In this document: in pieces, positions 12,401-26,313 of the stretch
How the letters are laid out: the number at the start of each line of letters is the position of its first letter
How positions within the stretch are numbered: position 1 is the first letter of the stretch
DNA from: a virus
Taxonomy: Duplodnaviria > Caudoviricetes
Strand: one strand, 5' to 3'
DNA: 64,000 nt
Virus record (IMG/VR): IMGVR_UViG_3300021400_000134
Notes under the pieces: generated by a model
Seen by the model: the letters and a program-made list of their open reading frames with translations, nothing else
The model's database searches: none
What the model was told of the DNA's origin: nothing
Program-made: the position numbers and the translations under genes

Positions 12401-15400
12401 ACGGAATCTGCAAAAAAATTAATTAATGCATATGATGAATTAAAAAATAAATTAGAAGAATTACAGGGGAAGAAAAAAGCTTTAAAAGATTTAGAGAAAG
12501 GCACTGAAGAGTATGAAGCTGCTGTTGCAGCTTTAAATGCTCAAATGCTTGAATTAATTAAAACATATGGACTTGTAGAGGGTAAAGATTTTGTTTTTAA
12601 GGATGGTGTTATTGATTTTACTTATGATGGCAATAAAGCCATGGAAACAAAGGCCAGGGAACAAAGACAAACTGGATATGCTAGGCAAATGGCAGCTCTC
12701 ACCACTTCAGATTCAAGCGGAGACAGAGCAAGAGACGATATTCAAAGAATAGTTTCTTCAAAAATTGAGGGCATTAATAGTAATAATCAAGAGGCTTTTT
12801 CAGAAGCATATTTAAAACTTTTAGATTCAAAAAGTATAAAAGCTTTAGCTCAAACTGATTTAACAGATAAAGGTTTAGTTGAAGATCTTTTGGGTCAGTT
12901 AGGAATTACTGGAGATGTTCAAGCTGCTTTTGTAGATTTAATTACTTCTAATGGAGATTTACGTGGAGCAATAGAACAACTTTCTGGTTCTATGCAAGAG
13001 AATACTGCAGCTCAAGCAGCAATTAAAGCAGGAATATATGATAGGTTCGGTAGTGATTTAGATAATCTTTCAGCAAATTATTTAACAGATAAAACCCAGG
13101 AACTTTATAATGAAAATTATGAAAAAATGGGAGATATAACAGAAGAAGACTATATCAGAGCGGGTTATAAGAAAAATTCTGATAATGAATGAGAAGATGA
13201 GAATGGCGTCGTTCAAACATTAAACGATGAAATGATTCGTTCTCAATTAGCCTATTTAGATGCGTTAAATCAATTAGATGCTCAATATAAAAATAATTTA
13301 GATACACTTACTGAAGAAGCTAGACAGCATGCTCAAGAAGAAGTTTCTAATAATTTTAATAAAGAATTTGGTTCAGATGCTTCAGATGAAATTGGTGCTT
13401 TAAATGACACTGAGCTTTCTGTAGCTTTGGATACAGATTTGAGTCAATTTCAAACTGTAAAAGAAGCTATTGATTATATCAAAAAAGCAAGTGAAGAAGA
13501 ACATAAAATTCCATTAGAAATTAGTACAGAGGGATTATCTCAATTTAAGGGAAAAGAAGAAGAATTAAATGCAGAAATAGAAGAATTTTCTGAGTTTTTA
13601 AAAAGAAATTATGAAGACTATGAAGGTCTAAGTGAACATATAGCAGAATGTGACGCAGCAGCAGATGCGGCTGCAGCTTCTTTTATCCGCTTTGATGATG
13701 CAATGCAAGACGTTTCAAAAAATTATAAAACATGAAAGAAAGCTCTAGATAGTAAAGATATAAAAGAAGTAAATGATGCAGTAAAAGATTTAAGAAAAAC
13801 TTATGCTAATTTATTAGATTTGGACGGTTCACAAATTTCAGAAGATTTTTTAAAAAGTTCTAAGAATTTAGATTTATTAAATACTGTTTTAAATGGTACT
13901 GAAGAAGAGGCAATTGCGGCTTATGAGCAACTAGAAAAAATACAAGCAATAGAATTTGCTAAAGATATAAGTCCAAATGTAGATATTGATGCTTTTTCTG
14001 CGGCTTATGATGAAGTTGCTTATTGAACGGATCAAATGCGACTTAAGATGGGAGATGACTTTGTTGCTGGAGATGTTAATTATCAAAATATTGTTGATGG
14101 TTTAAATGCAGCATTAGCGACAATGTCAATGACAAAAGAACAAGCTGATGCATTGATGAGGAGTATGAACTATTCCGGAGAACTGCAATTAATGCCAGTA
14201 AATACTACTGATGTTGATAGTAAAGAAGACGCTATTGCAAATGTAGAAGAAGTAGATGTTCCTGCTCAGTCAATTCATATTGAAACTTCTGATACAGACT
14301 ATACTCCAAGCTTAGGAGAAATGATACATGGAACAGTTTCTTCTGTAATGTGAAATAAAGGCGGACTTTTAAATACAGTAAAAAAAGTAGCTAATACGGT
14401 TCAGTCAATGCGTTGACAAGTTGCCGATGGTTCAACTGTTCATTATTTAGGTGGAGCTGCCCCAAAAATTAGTAATATGCCAGCTAGAAATATTAGCAAT
14501 GGCGGTGGAGGCGGCGGTTGTTTTGCCGCAGGCACTCAAATTATTTTAAAAAATTTTCAAAAAAATATTGAAGATATTAAACCAGGTGATTTAGTATTGT
14601 CCTATAATGAAAAAACTCATAGAAATGAATTTAGTAAAGTTATTCAGACTATGATTCATAATGTTTATGAAAAAATATATAATTTATTTGTTAAAAATGA
14701 TAAATTGGTAGTCACTGGTAATCATAGATTCTTAGTCATTCATAATAAAAAACAGCAATGGATGCCAGCAGAAGATATTAGAATTAATGATTTAGTACTT
14801 TTATCTTCTGGAGAATGATGTAAAATTTCCAATATTGACACTGAGAAAAAGTTCTTAACCGTATATAATTTTGAAGTTTCTAATACACATAACTATTATG
14901 TTGGCGAAAATCATATTTTAGCACATAATAAAGGTGGTGGAGGAGGCTCAAAACCTAAAAAGAAAAAAGTTGAGAAGAAAAAAGAGCCAACTAAAAATAT
15001 TAAAGAAGCTGACCGTTATCATAATATAAAAGAAAAAATTGAAGACCTTAATACAGAAATGAAACGCTTAAATGAAAATAAAGATCGAGCCTATGGTAAA
15101 GACCGTATTAAGTGAATGGATGAAGAAATAAAGAAAACTGAAGAACAAATTAAATTAACTGATGAATATATAGATGAAATAAAGAACTATGCTAAAATTG
15201 ATAAAGAAGACTTAAAAAATAAACTTGGTTCATTTATTTCTGATGCTGACTTTGATGAAAATGGCGTTTTAAAAGATTATGAAGGTCTGTTGGCTAAGAT
15301 TCAAGGTGCATTTGATAATAAAGTCACTGCTGCGTTAAATAAAGCAACAGATGAATATAACGCTGCGGTTGATAAATTTAATGCTAGTGATCAAGAAGAT

Positions 15401-17938
15401 GATGCTACTGAAGAATTTGAAAAAGCTAAAGAAGCTTGAGATAAAGCTAAAGAGACTTATGATAAAGAAAAAGAAGCTTATGATGAAAGATTAAAATCAT
15501 TAAAGCAGTATGAAGATACAATAAATCTTTTACAAGAAAAAGAACAAGAACGCATTGACCAATTAAATGAACTTTATGATAAATGATTGGCTAGAACAAC
15601 CTATAAAGTTGAAATTAGTTTAGAAATGAATGAAGATGATATGAATTATCTTCAGTGAGTTTATGATAATTTAGGTGATAGTGCTGATAAAGCTGCTGAT
15701 AGAATTAGTTTATTAAGCAAGCAGATGAAAACTACCCAAAAAGATATTGCTACCTATAAGAAAGGTATTGAGGAATTATTTGCTCAAAATGGCATGAATG
15801 TTGATTTGGGTGATGATTTAAATGGTACTCAATTAGGAGAGCGTTTAGACCAATTAATTCAAAAGATGCGTGAGCAAGGTGGAGAACCTAATATCCAAGA
15901 GGTTATTGACAAATTAAGCGAATATCGCGATGGCCTCATGGACACTTATGATACAATGCGCGACTTAGCGGATGCCGCAACTGAAAATGTGGTAAACGCA
16001 TATGATGAGTGGAATGAGCGTCTCCAAGAAAATCTTGACCTAATGGATCATTATGATTCTGTTATTGATACCATTAAAGAAATTGCGGATTTACTTGGTG
16101 AAGATCAATTAGGTTTAGGCGACGAACAAGCCAAGGCTTATGAACAAGCTAAGTTAGATAATCAACGCAATGCCGCAGCTATTGCTAAAGACAATTATGA
16201 TGCCATTGCTAAAGAACGCGAAAGGGTTCAGAAATTATTAGAAACTTCTGAAAGTGAAACCGAGAAAAAACACTGGGAAGAAGTTCTTAAAAATCTTCAA
16301 GAAGCTGAAAATGAAGCAATGGAAGAATATCTATCCAGATGGAGAGATGCGCTTCGTCAAGCAGAAGAAAATTACCAAGCCAGTTTAGCCCGTAACGAAA
16401 AAGCTTATCAAAAAGCCATGAGTGGCGGTATGGGAACTCTTGATATGCTTCAAGAGCAATTTGACCGCCAAAAAGAGTTAGATGATTTATATTTAGATGA
16501 TTATGAGAAATATAAGAAACTTGGTGATATTACCTCAAAGATTAACAAGAATCTTGTAAATAACCCAAGCCCAATGATTCAAGAAAAGATGAAAGACCTT
16601 CTTGATGATGTTAACGCTAAGATGGAAAATGGCGCTGATATATCAGAGGGTGAAGCCACAATTCTTGAAAAGAGATTGGCTTTATTAGAAGCAGAAGACC
16701 AGTTATTAGCAGCACGTAATGCCAAGAGCGCAGTTAGAATGACTCGTGATAATGAAGGTAATTTCAGCTATACTTATACAGCAGATACCTCAAAGATTGA
16801 GGAAGCTCAACAGAACTACGCTGATAAATTCTATGAACTTTTGGATTATGAGAAACAATATTCTGATGAAACTCAGGGCAATATGTTAAAGTCATGACAA
16901 GATTTTATTAACAAACGTAATGAAATTTTGGAAGACGATATGTTAAGCGAAGATGAGCGCAACAAAGCTATGGAGCGTTTGCAGGCTGATTATGATAAGA
17001 TGGTTGCATATTATAGCGATGAACTTAATATGGTCATGGAGGAAATGAGCCGATTAAAAACTGATGATTGAAAGGATATGGAAAATATTCTTGGTAGATT
17101 ATTAGCCGGCCCAGAAGACTTTGAAACTGATTTAAGTAAAACTACTTTAGGTCAATTAACTAATGCTTGAAATGACCCAGAAGGTATGGCTAAATCTTGG
17201 AGAGAAGCAGCTGATACATTGTATACTCAAGATGCTGATGCGCGAGCTGCTTGAGTTGCCGCAAATGAAGAAACCAATAGAAGGGTAGATACTTCTACAA
17301 AAGAGTTTGCGGAGAATTATAAATCCACTCTTGGAGATATTGTTGAAGCTAGTGATGAGGTTGCAGAATCAGCCGAAAAGATGGCTGAAGAAATGCCAAA
17401 GGCTATGACCGAAGTTTTGAATGAAGCTGAAAACTTCTTTAACGAATTTGGTAACTATATTGACACATTATTTACAAATATTCAAAATATTGTTAAAGCA
17501 ATTAATGAGTTAAAAGATGTGTTGGCTGGAGTTGATCCTGAATATAGAACAAGTATTTTAGGAGACAAAGTTTCAAAAACTGCTGATTATGAATTACCGG
17601 TTAAACCTGTATCCGGTGCTACTGGAATGTACACTGGTGAATGAGGTGCTGGTGGTAAGTTAGCAATTCTTCATGAGAAAGAATTATTGTTAAATGAGGC
17701 TGATACTCAAAACATTTTGAAGGCAGTAGATTTTGTTAGAAATATGCCACAATTTGGTGGAGTGTTGAATATTAATAATAATGTAGATTATTCTAAACTT
17801 GCGGCCGTCGGTGCAACCGATCTACAACAGCAAGTTCATATTGATGCTTCATTCCCGAATGTGGAATCACATACAGAAATTGAGTTAGCTCTTAATAATT
17901 TAATTAATTCAGCTAGTCAATATGTTAATAGAAAATAA
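9428..17938 (+). CDS. Tape measure protein (2836 aa, code 4) containing a Hint domain
   Basis: Twelve track ORFs share one frame, separated only by TGA (more than 20). TP901-like TMP core at about 9900-10700; hydrophobic stretches; long coiled coils; C-terminal TGMYTGEWG..GKLAILHEKELLLN motif. Confidence 0.9.
14519..14929 (+). other. Hint (intein-like/BIL-type) domain, 137 aa, no endonuclease
   Basis: Block A CFAAGTQI, IEDIKPGDLV, block B VVTGNHRF, block F VYNFEVSNTHNYYV, block G LAHN. The +1 residue is Lys; flanked by Gly6 and K-Gly5. Confidence 0.9.
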
Positions 17939-17942
17939 TTTT

Positions 17943-17977
17943 TAAAGGAAGGCAGAAATGCCTTCCTTTATTTTTTT
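17943..17977 (+). terminator. Intrinsic terminator
   Basis: taaaggaaggca-gaaa-tgccttccttta followed by T7. Confidence 0.85.
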
Positions 17978-18024
17978 GGCCGGATAATGATAATATACTT
18001 TATTAGATTTTTTAATTATTAAAG
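17978..18024 (+). promoter_or_regulatory. Putative late-promoter motif, copy 2
   Basis: GGCCG-N8-TAA-N19-TAATTATTAAAG. Confidence 0.5.
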
Positions 18025-18052
18025 AGATATAAGAGAAAAAGGAGGAAAGGAT

Positions 18053-21000
18053 ATGGCAGATTTAAATGCGAATAAAGTTGATGATATGCTTGATGCGTTA
18101 AATGAAGCTATGGAAATTCATGCTCAAAATGCAATTAAGAATTTATCATTTAATAAAACTGAATTAGCTGAAGTCGTTGATATCACTCGCCGCAATGAGG
18201 GTTGATATATTGTATGAAATGGCTCAACTAGATATATGGCATTTTCTGAAAATACTTCATACAAAATGGGGATGAAAGTATATGTCAATATCCCAAACAA
18301 TGATTTTAGTAGTCAAAAAACTATTATCGGTCAATATAAAGAAGATAGTGAGCAGGCTGTTTTCTTTAGGTCTCCATTAGACGGGTTTTTACCATTGACA
18401 GATAATATTTTGGAGAATAGCTCTACTGCTACTGGAGAATTCTGTTTATTGGCTAACTGTAATAAAGAAACACAAGCTTTTGGAAAGCAGTCTCTTGAAA
18501 TTTATCGAAATAATAGTATGACTTATACCGAAGGAGAAGGCGCCAATGAAAAGGTAGTATCTCCATATAGTGGATATAAATATATTGGTATTTCAGCAGA
18601 AGTTAAAACCTTGTTAAAGCAATTTGATACAGTGCAAGGAGATTATGGTATTAGAATTGTTTTAGAGGGTATTCAAAAGCTTGACGTTACTGAAAATGCG
18701 GAAACAGTAAAAAGAGTTTATTATTTAGATTCTAAAAATATGATTGGTGATATTTATAATTTTCCAGTATATTTTAAGCAAGAAGCTCTTTTTAATATAG
18801 AAGAATTCGATACCTTAAGCAGAATTATTGTTGGTATTTATCAAGGCGGAAATTTTAAAGATATTGGTAATGAAAATATTCCTTATAATAATAATGGATT
18901 GGTTTCTGATGGAACTGGTGTACAGTTAATTGGTGATGATTCTAATAATTTGTTGCCAGACAATATCTTTATAAAAAATATTTCCATAAGATTTGGCGAT
19001 GATGATACATCAAGAAAAGATGTAGTTAAATTATCGACATTAACTGGTAAAACCTATGATAGTGCGCAGACAGATTTGTTGAATAGAAAAACTATTGATT
19101 TAGAATGGCTACACACTGACCCAAATACAGAGAAGAAAATTAAGATTACTTCTCCAAGTGATGTAAGTGCGGATATAGGTATTGCTAGATATGTGATACA
19201 TTGATATCAAGATTCAATACATTCAGCAACTGATTATAACGCTATTTTAAAAGCAGGTGAAGAAGACAGAAATTTAAAGTTAAATCTTTATGACAAATGA
19301 AAGAATTCCCGTCCTACTGATCCAGACGAGTTAGCGCAATTAAAGAATGAATTAACAGCTAGTTTTAATTTAACCTCAAAGAATGATTGACAAACTAGTG
19401 GTGAATTAACTGAAACTGGGGTTAATAAAATTAAATCTGCGCTAAGTGCGGCAAGTCGAACTTCAGTCGCCGTAGACACATTAGCTGGTGCCTTTTGGCA
19501 ACCTATAAACAATGGCACTAATCGATTTGAGTTGAAAAGTTTCTTGCCAGATTATACAAGAGCTTATTCAAAGATTAAAGTTGTTATAGAGTATTGAGAA
19601 GAAGCTGGTAACGATGACACTTATAATAAAGTTGAGAGTAATGAGCTTCAATTTGATAATTTAAGAGAAGTGTTATCAGTTGATAAAAATTCGGGATTAA
19701 AGATTGGGTTTGATGATAAAACAGGTGGTAATTATCCAATTTATGATGGAATTACAGGACATTTGTTAAGCAGATTAGAAGAATCAAAAACCAGAGGATT
19801 AACTGCTACTTTTTTAGATGAAAAAGGTAGAGATTATTTTAATGGGAATGAAACTATAATTTGAAAGATTCCTATTGGTGGGACAATGATATTATTGGGA
19901 GACAGTTTTTATTCTAATAGTGAAAAAATGTCTGCCAATGATACTGTTTTCAGTGATTATGATATAGATTACGAAAATGGTTATATATATATTAAGCGAG
20001 AAGCCATTAATAGCACCGTTCCAGTTAATTCAAAACAATCTTATCAAATAGCACCATATTATAATATAGGATTTACTTCCAATACAGTATGATGTTATGT
20101 TATAAAAAATAATCAGTTATATTCAACTAGCGCAACCATGACATTTAATCAACATGGTACATGCGGAACTGATTATACATTTACACTAGGACTAGGTCCA
20201 AAGATAATTGATGAAACTCCTGACGAAACTGGAGCAGAGCAGATATGAACTGTAGTAGGGCCATCAGATACAGCTCTTACTATTGGAGATACATATGATG
20301 GAAAACCTGCTTACCATGAAATTTTATTTAACTTATATAATGCGAAAAATGAGCCAATTGAGTTGACAAGAGAGCAAAAAAATGTTATAATAACATCATG
20401 GAATAATCATACAAGTAATGGTTATTACACAGGTCAAACAAATGCTCGTCATTTACAATTTATACTAGGAACTGGAGACAATGCTGGACGAATTATTGTA
20501 AGAGCGCCAGATAGAGATATTGAAGATTTCCAATATATTGTATTTCAAGCGTTTGTTACAAGCGATGTATTAGATGAAAATGATGAAAAGCTCTTGGATA
20601 AAGTCAACTTTGTTCAGTATTATCCGCTACATATTCGTGAAAAGAATAGTGATTGAGAATTAAATGGTTCTGATTATATTGTTTATGATGATAAGGGCGC
20701 AAATCCTACTTGTTATAACGATAAATTTGAATTAATATCTAAAGCGGATGGTACACAACCAGAAGAGTTATTATTTAAAATAATTACAGATGATGTTGAG
20801 ACACCAGGAAGTACCGATAATAGTCCAGAAACTTATTATCCAAGAATTGTAAACGGGAAAATACAGCCAACTCCATTGTATATAGGTAGTATTTCTAAAA
20901 ATGTTGCCTTAATTGGAACAGTTGCAACTGGAGATAATTTAAGAATTGCTTACACATGTCCAATTGTTATTATAGAAAATAAATATCAAATTCCAGCAGT

Positions 21001-22360
21001 GAATAACTGGAATGGTGATTTGCAAATTGATACTCAGGGCAATAAAATTTTAGCTTCTATGGTTGGTGCAGGACATAAAGATGAGCATAATACTTTTAGT
21101 GGAGTGCTCATGGGAGATGTCCAATATAAGGATGACTATAGTGGCGAAGATATTATTACTACTGGATTATTTGGTTATGACAAGAGTGAACAAACTTTTG
21201 GGTTTAATATAAATGGGCAAGCATTTATTGGTAAGTCTGATGTTGGTAGAATTTATGTTGATGGTAATACTGGACGTATTACAAGTGCTGCAAGAGAAAG
21301 TTATGATATTAATAAGGCTAAGGGGGTAACAGATAATGACCCTCGTGGTACTGAAATTAATTTAAAAGAAAATTATATTGATATTCAAGGCGAAAGTACT
21401 AGTGTTGCTGAAGATACTAATAAGTCTAGAATTCATATTGATACTGCAATTAGACCCAATAATCAAGGTGGTACTAATGCATATTTTTCAATAGATAGTA
21501 ATAATGGCAAGCGATTAATTCATATTGCTAATGATGAATATTATTTACAAACAGAGGATTACCCTTCTAGTCAAATAGAAGTAATGACTCAAGATGGGGG
21601 AACAACTACTGTTACAAGACCGTCAGGACTAAAGATAGATTTAAAAAATGGTAGCTTTGATTCTAAAGGTAAATTAACCATTACCGGTAATAGTGAATCT
21701 AGTATAAATTTTGGTAATGGCACATTTAAAGTCGATGGAACTGGAGAAACTACTTTATCAAGTTTAACTTTTAAAAATCCTAACACTGGAGTTGTTCAAG
21801 CAACTGGAATCAAACCACATTGAATGACTTTTGTTTCTGACATAAGTGGAAGTGTTACTTTGCAAAAAGTTACTGTTACTATGGACAATATTCCTGTACC
21901 ACATACAACAGTAACAAATAATTATAACACATATACCACTTACAATACTGCTGAAGGGACAACAACATTTAAATATGTAAATAACACTACTGCTGGCATT
22001 ATATCAAATTATGTTGATGATGTAGTAACTGGAGATGTTACAGGACAAATAACGGGAGATTTTTCTCCTAGTGCAAGTCCAAGATTTTATAATCATAGCG
22101 CTACAGTGCATTATAGTTATACTGTTGAAACCCCAGTGGTAGAAGGCCCATATAAAACTACGACTACAGATACCGTTTATGTAGATGGCAAAGGTTCTAC
22201 AGATGTACCAGTTGTTACTGCGATTAATTTTACGATAAAAAAAGTCTCAATGTGGGCTTTAACAAATGATACCGCACAAACAAAAACTTATTCTATTAAT
22301 GCAAAAGGAGATGCTAGCTATACTGGCGAAGCCATTGTCCGTACTATGACGGAGGTTTAA
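18053..22360 (+). CDS. Large tail tip/central spike-like protein (1435 aa, code 4)
   Basis: Six track ORFs in one frame, gaps contain only TGA; Gly-rich beta-strand repeats in the C-terminal third; follows the TMP. Confidence 0.7.
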
Positions 22361-22361
22361 T

Positions 22362-22631
22362 ATGAATATAAAAGAAACAATACAATTTGAAAATAATTTA
22401 TATGAATTAATTAACACTTGTGGTTTACCAGTAGATACAGCATTTTATGTATTAAAAAGTGTTTATTTAGATTTTCAAAAAACACTTTATGAATGCGCAA
22501 ACAATGAAGGTGAAACATATACTACAGAAGAACAGGTATATAAGTTATATAATGAGGAAAAGGAGAATGAAGATGAACAATCAATCAGTACAGATGCTTC
22601 AGAATATTCTGGAAGCGTTAATGACGATTAA
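22362..22631 (+). CDS. Small hypothetical protein (89 aa)
   Basis: SD ggagg; coupled to the upstream gene. Confidence 0.6.
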   Translation: MNIKETIQFENNLYELINTCGLPVDTAFYVLKSVYLDFQKTLYECANNEGETYTTEEQVYKLYNEEKENEDEQSISTDASEYSGSVNDD

Positions 22632-22761
22632 TACAAAGGGTAATGATACAATTACAATGAGCAATGTTTTACAAGCATTACAAAATGTAATTGATGTGGA
22701 ATCTAGAACTGGGGCTGTCGCACCTAAGACTCCAGAAATAGAACCTATTACAGAAGAGTAA
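22573..22761 (+). CDS. Small hypothetical protein (62 aa)
   Basis: SD aaggag at 22560-22565 favours ATG 22573 over the track start at 22489. Confidence 0.55.
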   Translation: MNNQSVQMLQNILEALMTINTKGNDTITMSNVLQALQNVIDVESRTGAVAPKTPEIEPITEE

Positions 22762-22776
22762 AAGGGGGTAAAAAAT

Positions 22777-25700
22777 ATGGCAAAATTATATCCTCCATAT
22801 ATTGAAGGAACATTGCCAGCGTTTTACTTAAATAAGAATGGGGATGGCGAATTAGTCATCCCCTTTGCTCATAATCGTGCCTTAGTAAGTAAAGAAGAAA
22901 TATCTTCTTTTGCTATAAAAATTAAGTCGGTACAAAATGATGTGTTGTATGGCGATGTAGAAGTTGGTGCGAATTGAGAAGGTAATGAAGTAAAGTTTGA
23001 AGTTAATAAATTTAAAATTGCGGAATTAGAAGATTTAACTTTTAAAATTGGACAGTATTACAAAATTCAAATGGCATATATTGATAGAACTGGTATTGTT
23101 GGATACTATTCAACTGTTGGTGTTGTTAAATGCACATCAGAACCAGAAGTTAGTATAATGAATTTTGACGAGAATAAAGTTAATAATAATGCCGCAGAAT
23201 TTATAGGACTTTTTAAACAAGCTGAAGATGGTGATGTTAGTGAAAAAGTTTATTCTAGTAAGTTTATAATAACTGATTTAGAAGGTAATGAAGTTTTCAG
23301 TTCTGGAGATATATTACATTCAATAGAAAACAACCCAAATTCTTACGAGTCTCAAGATAGTGTTTATTTTAACAGAGATTTGGAATATGGTGAAATATAT
23401 AGAATACAATATATAGTTACTACAACTAATGGTTTAGTTATATCTAGCCCAAAATATCTTTTAACTCAGCAAAAATCTATTTATATGGAATTAAAGGGTA
23501 AATTAGTAGCAGATTTAAACTATGATGAAGGATTTGTTGATTTAAAGATTGAGGGCGCTAAAAATGAAAATGGTGCTGAAGAAATTATAGATGGCTTGTT
23601 TATTGTATCAAGAGCTGATACTTTGAACCCAAATGTTTGAGAAGAATTAACTAGATTTAGTTTAAAACATGAATATCCATCTAGAACAATCTTTAGAGAT
23701 TTTACTATTGAACAAGGTAAAACTTATACCTATTCATTACAGCAATATAATGCTAATGGAATTTATTCAGATAGAAAAAAATCCAATGAGATATTTGCGG
23801 ATTTTGAAGATATGTTTTTGTATGATGGTGAACGTCAGTTAAAGCTGCGTTTTAATCCGCAAGTAAGTAGTTTTAAAACCCAGTTAGCAGAAACTAAAAC
23901 AGATACTATTGGTAGTAAATATCCATTCTTTTTTAGAAATGCGCGAGTTGGTTATAAGACATTCCCAATTTCTGGATTGGTGTCAATGTTAAGTGATGAC
24001 AATCAATTTTTTACATCATATAAAGAGATTTTAAGAGAAGATACTAAGGCTGATAGAGAATCTACAGCCGCAGAATATACTAAAAAATTATGACCACCAA
24101 TTATGGATAAAAATACTGACTTGGTTTCTGATAATTTTGTATCAGAAAGATTGTTTAAACTAAAGGTTTTAGATTGGCTAAATGATGGCCATGTAAAATT
24201 ATTTAAATCTCCAGGAGAGGGAAATTATTTAGTTAGATTAATGGACAATTCTTTAACTCCAAATACACAAGTTGGTAGAATGCTACACACAGTAAATGCT
24301 ACAGCCTATGAATGTGCGGAATTAAATTATAAGAATCTAATAGATAATAGAATTGTTAGGGAAGTCCAATTGCGCGATGAGGACACTTATGTCCCAAGCT
24401 GGAGAGATTTTACTTTAGACAATGAATGATTAAATGAAAATACTTTAAAACCTGTTACCGCAGCCAAAAAGGGCAGTAATATGATTTTAGGTGCGTATGT
24501 AAGTTCACCACAACTATTAAGTGATATTAACTTGCTTGATACAGAAGATGCGCCGGGTGCATCAACAACAATGCTAAGGTTTTTAGACTGCTTACCAGGA
24601 GACAGAATTAGATTAGTATTTGATACTTCTGGAGCAAAAGAGGCCAAAGATCATGTTGACATTACTATTGGTGCAACTGGTAATTACATGGCAGATGATT
24701 TAAGACCAGTTTATGGTATTTATTTCTTATCTGATATTGGTTATGGTTCAGATAGTAACTATAATCGTAGTGGCTTTCCATCAATTAGTTATCAATATAA
24801 TATACCTAATAGAACTGCTTTTAGGTCTATTGAAAAAATTCAAGCTGATATTGGTGGATATAATCAATTTGTTGGTGAAGTTCCAAATTTAGTTAAGCAT
24901 TTAAGTTATACTAGAGAAGTTCCTACTAAATTATGCTTTTCAAGATATTTTAAAAGACCTGTTGAGTATTTATATTACGCAACAGATGAAATACCAAATG
25001 TTATAAGTGGAGAAGATATATTTGATGGGACTTATGACTATTGGGGATATAGAAATTTAACAGAAAAGTATGCTTATCGTTTATCTTGGGATGTATCTAC
25101 AAAACATCTTTCTCAAGAAGAAAGAGAAGAAAAAATGAGAAAGTATACATTCCAAAAGACAAAAAACACAAATGGTTTAAATGAAGACTGGTGAGAAGTA
25201 CAGGATTGAGCTAGATATTATGCTCAGGTACAAGCTTTCTTAAACGGAGTAAATCCAGAAGATTTATCTCCAGAAGAATTAGAAGATCTTTATTATCCAA
25301 AACAGTGATTAATGTATTATAAATCAGTTGATAACGATAATTTATTACCGACTTATGCTGATGTTTCTGCTCAAATAGGAGGTGGAAATAATTCAGATAG
25401 ACATATTCAAATGATAATACAAAAATCAGATGGGTCTTGAACCTCTCATGGATCGAGTTGTTCTCATGCATATAATTGATTTTTAGATAGTTTAGAGCCG
25501 GGAGAGGTGGCTTATGTTTGGAAACCTACTCTTGGAGATGAAGAAGTCGCATATCACACAGACCAAGATGGAAATACTATCATTGACATGTCTGCCTATA
25601 AAGGAAGAGAAGAAAGTCCAGAGTGGTTTGATGACCAAGAAAGTTTACAGTATTCTCCATTCTCTTTATATGTTTTAAGAAATCAATATATTACAACACT

Positions 25701-26310
25701 TGATGGTGTTAGACAAAATATATTTAATCATTTACCGACATCTTTACCAATAGAAGAAAAAACCCATGTTGTTAACCATGCTTTTGAAAGATACTATATT
25801 GATAGATATATAAATGCGCAGACACCTGAAGAGATGCTTGAAGAGCGTACTTTACTTGCGCAGCAACTTGCCGCAGATGGAAATAATGAAGAAACTGCTG
25901 CGGTAGATGCAGCAACTGCTTTATATGTACTAGATGCTTGATACGGAAAAGTATATGAAGTAGGTAAAGATTTTATGTATGATCCATCTATTACATATAA
26001 TAATGAAAATATTGATTTGCGTGAAATTGATAGATATGAGTTAGAAGCTCTAGAGCCAGATGAAACAACTATTAAAGTTGGTAATGGGGTTTATGGGGAT
26101 GTATATTACCAGAAGGTAGAGCAAACATTCTCTTATGAACCAGAAGAGTATAAAAACGCTTGAGAGTCTGCGGTGGCCGCTGCAAAGATCGCTTCACCGG
26201 GATATAAAGAAGAAGCTGCAGAGCGAGCTGCATATAAACTATTAAATGATGGTATTGATGCTGAAAGAGAAGCATGACAAAAATTAAGAGGCGAGGAAGA
26301 GGAGGTATAA
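22777..26310 (+). CDS. Baseplate/distal-tail-like protein with Ig/Fn3-like segments (1177 aa, code 4)
   Basis: Seven track ORFs in one frame; FRDFTIEQGKTYTYSL, KTDTIGSKYPFFFRN and KVLDWLNDGHVKLFKSPGEGNYLV motifs. Confidence 0.65.
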
Positions 26311-26313
26311 TTT

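Noticed and set aside
14519-14929. Canonical mobile intein
   Set aside because: No endonuclease domain and no Cys/Ser/Thr at +1; reported as a BIL-type Hint domain instead.
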